Positions 63,838 to 64,000 of a stretch of DNA of 64,000 nucleotides are shown piece after piece. The DNA is from Syncephalis fuscata S228 (lineage: Eukaryota > Fungi > Zoopagomycota). The notes under the pieces were generated by a model. It was not told the origin of the DNA. It saw only the letters and a program-made list of their open reading frames with translations, and made no database searches. A program made the translations under genes and the position numbers. Location: the NCBI GenBank assembly GCA_025786725.1, contig JAHLTZ010000001.1, forward strand, positions 868,001 through 932,000, read 5' to 3'. Position 1 is the stretch's first letter. Every line of letters starts with the position of its first letter.

Positions 63838-64000
63838 CTTTTAATATACTCGCTATTATACTGAATTTATGTTCTATGATAATGAGTAGTTTGGTGTCAA
63901 ATGACTTTTATTCTTGATGCACTATTGCTTCACTTGTTGTTCTATGATGTATCGACATGTTGGGTAGATTGACTTTTATTATTTACACTCCATTTATTAA
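63838..64000. repeat. Dispersed repeat, copy 3 (inverted, runs off window end)
   Basis: Its reverse complement matches 51711-51810 and then 38332-38400. Confidence 0.8.

Overview
This is eukaryotic, almost certainly fungal, genomic DNA: short GT-AG introns (mostly about 47-105 nt) with CTAA branch sites, and AT-rich intergenic regions. An early-diverging lineage such as Zoopagomycota or Mucoromycota is my guess, not something the sequence proves. I assembled gene models by hand from the ORF fragments. From left to right: the 3' part of a metacaspase-fold gene lacking both catalytic residues; ADE2; a LEA_2-like type II membrane protein; a MITE-like inverted repeat; a WS/DGAT-fold protein with a degenerate active site; a tail-anchored unknown; an RFX winged-helix transcription factor with a ~9.7 kb gene-free upstream region; TDP1, whose first catalytic HxK motif sits on a 17-nt micro-exon; two more LEA_2-like genes flanking an unannotated 49-aa Cys/TM micropeptide; four aldo-keto reductase (AKR) paralogs; a MIF/tautomerase; a 1213-aa secreted Pro-rich repeat protein; a Cdc11/Nud1-like LRR protein; a secreted CAP/SCP protein; and a long disordered protein. 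The most striking structure is the AKR array. The four copies share a protein-identical core, while their variable loop segments are reassorted between copies, and three sit inside nested inverted repeats that include a near-identical 650-bp upstream region. Five single-base deletions in short homopolymers break otherwise intact genes, which suggests assembly error. I found no tRNA, rRNA or CRISPR array.
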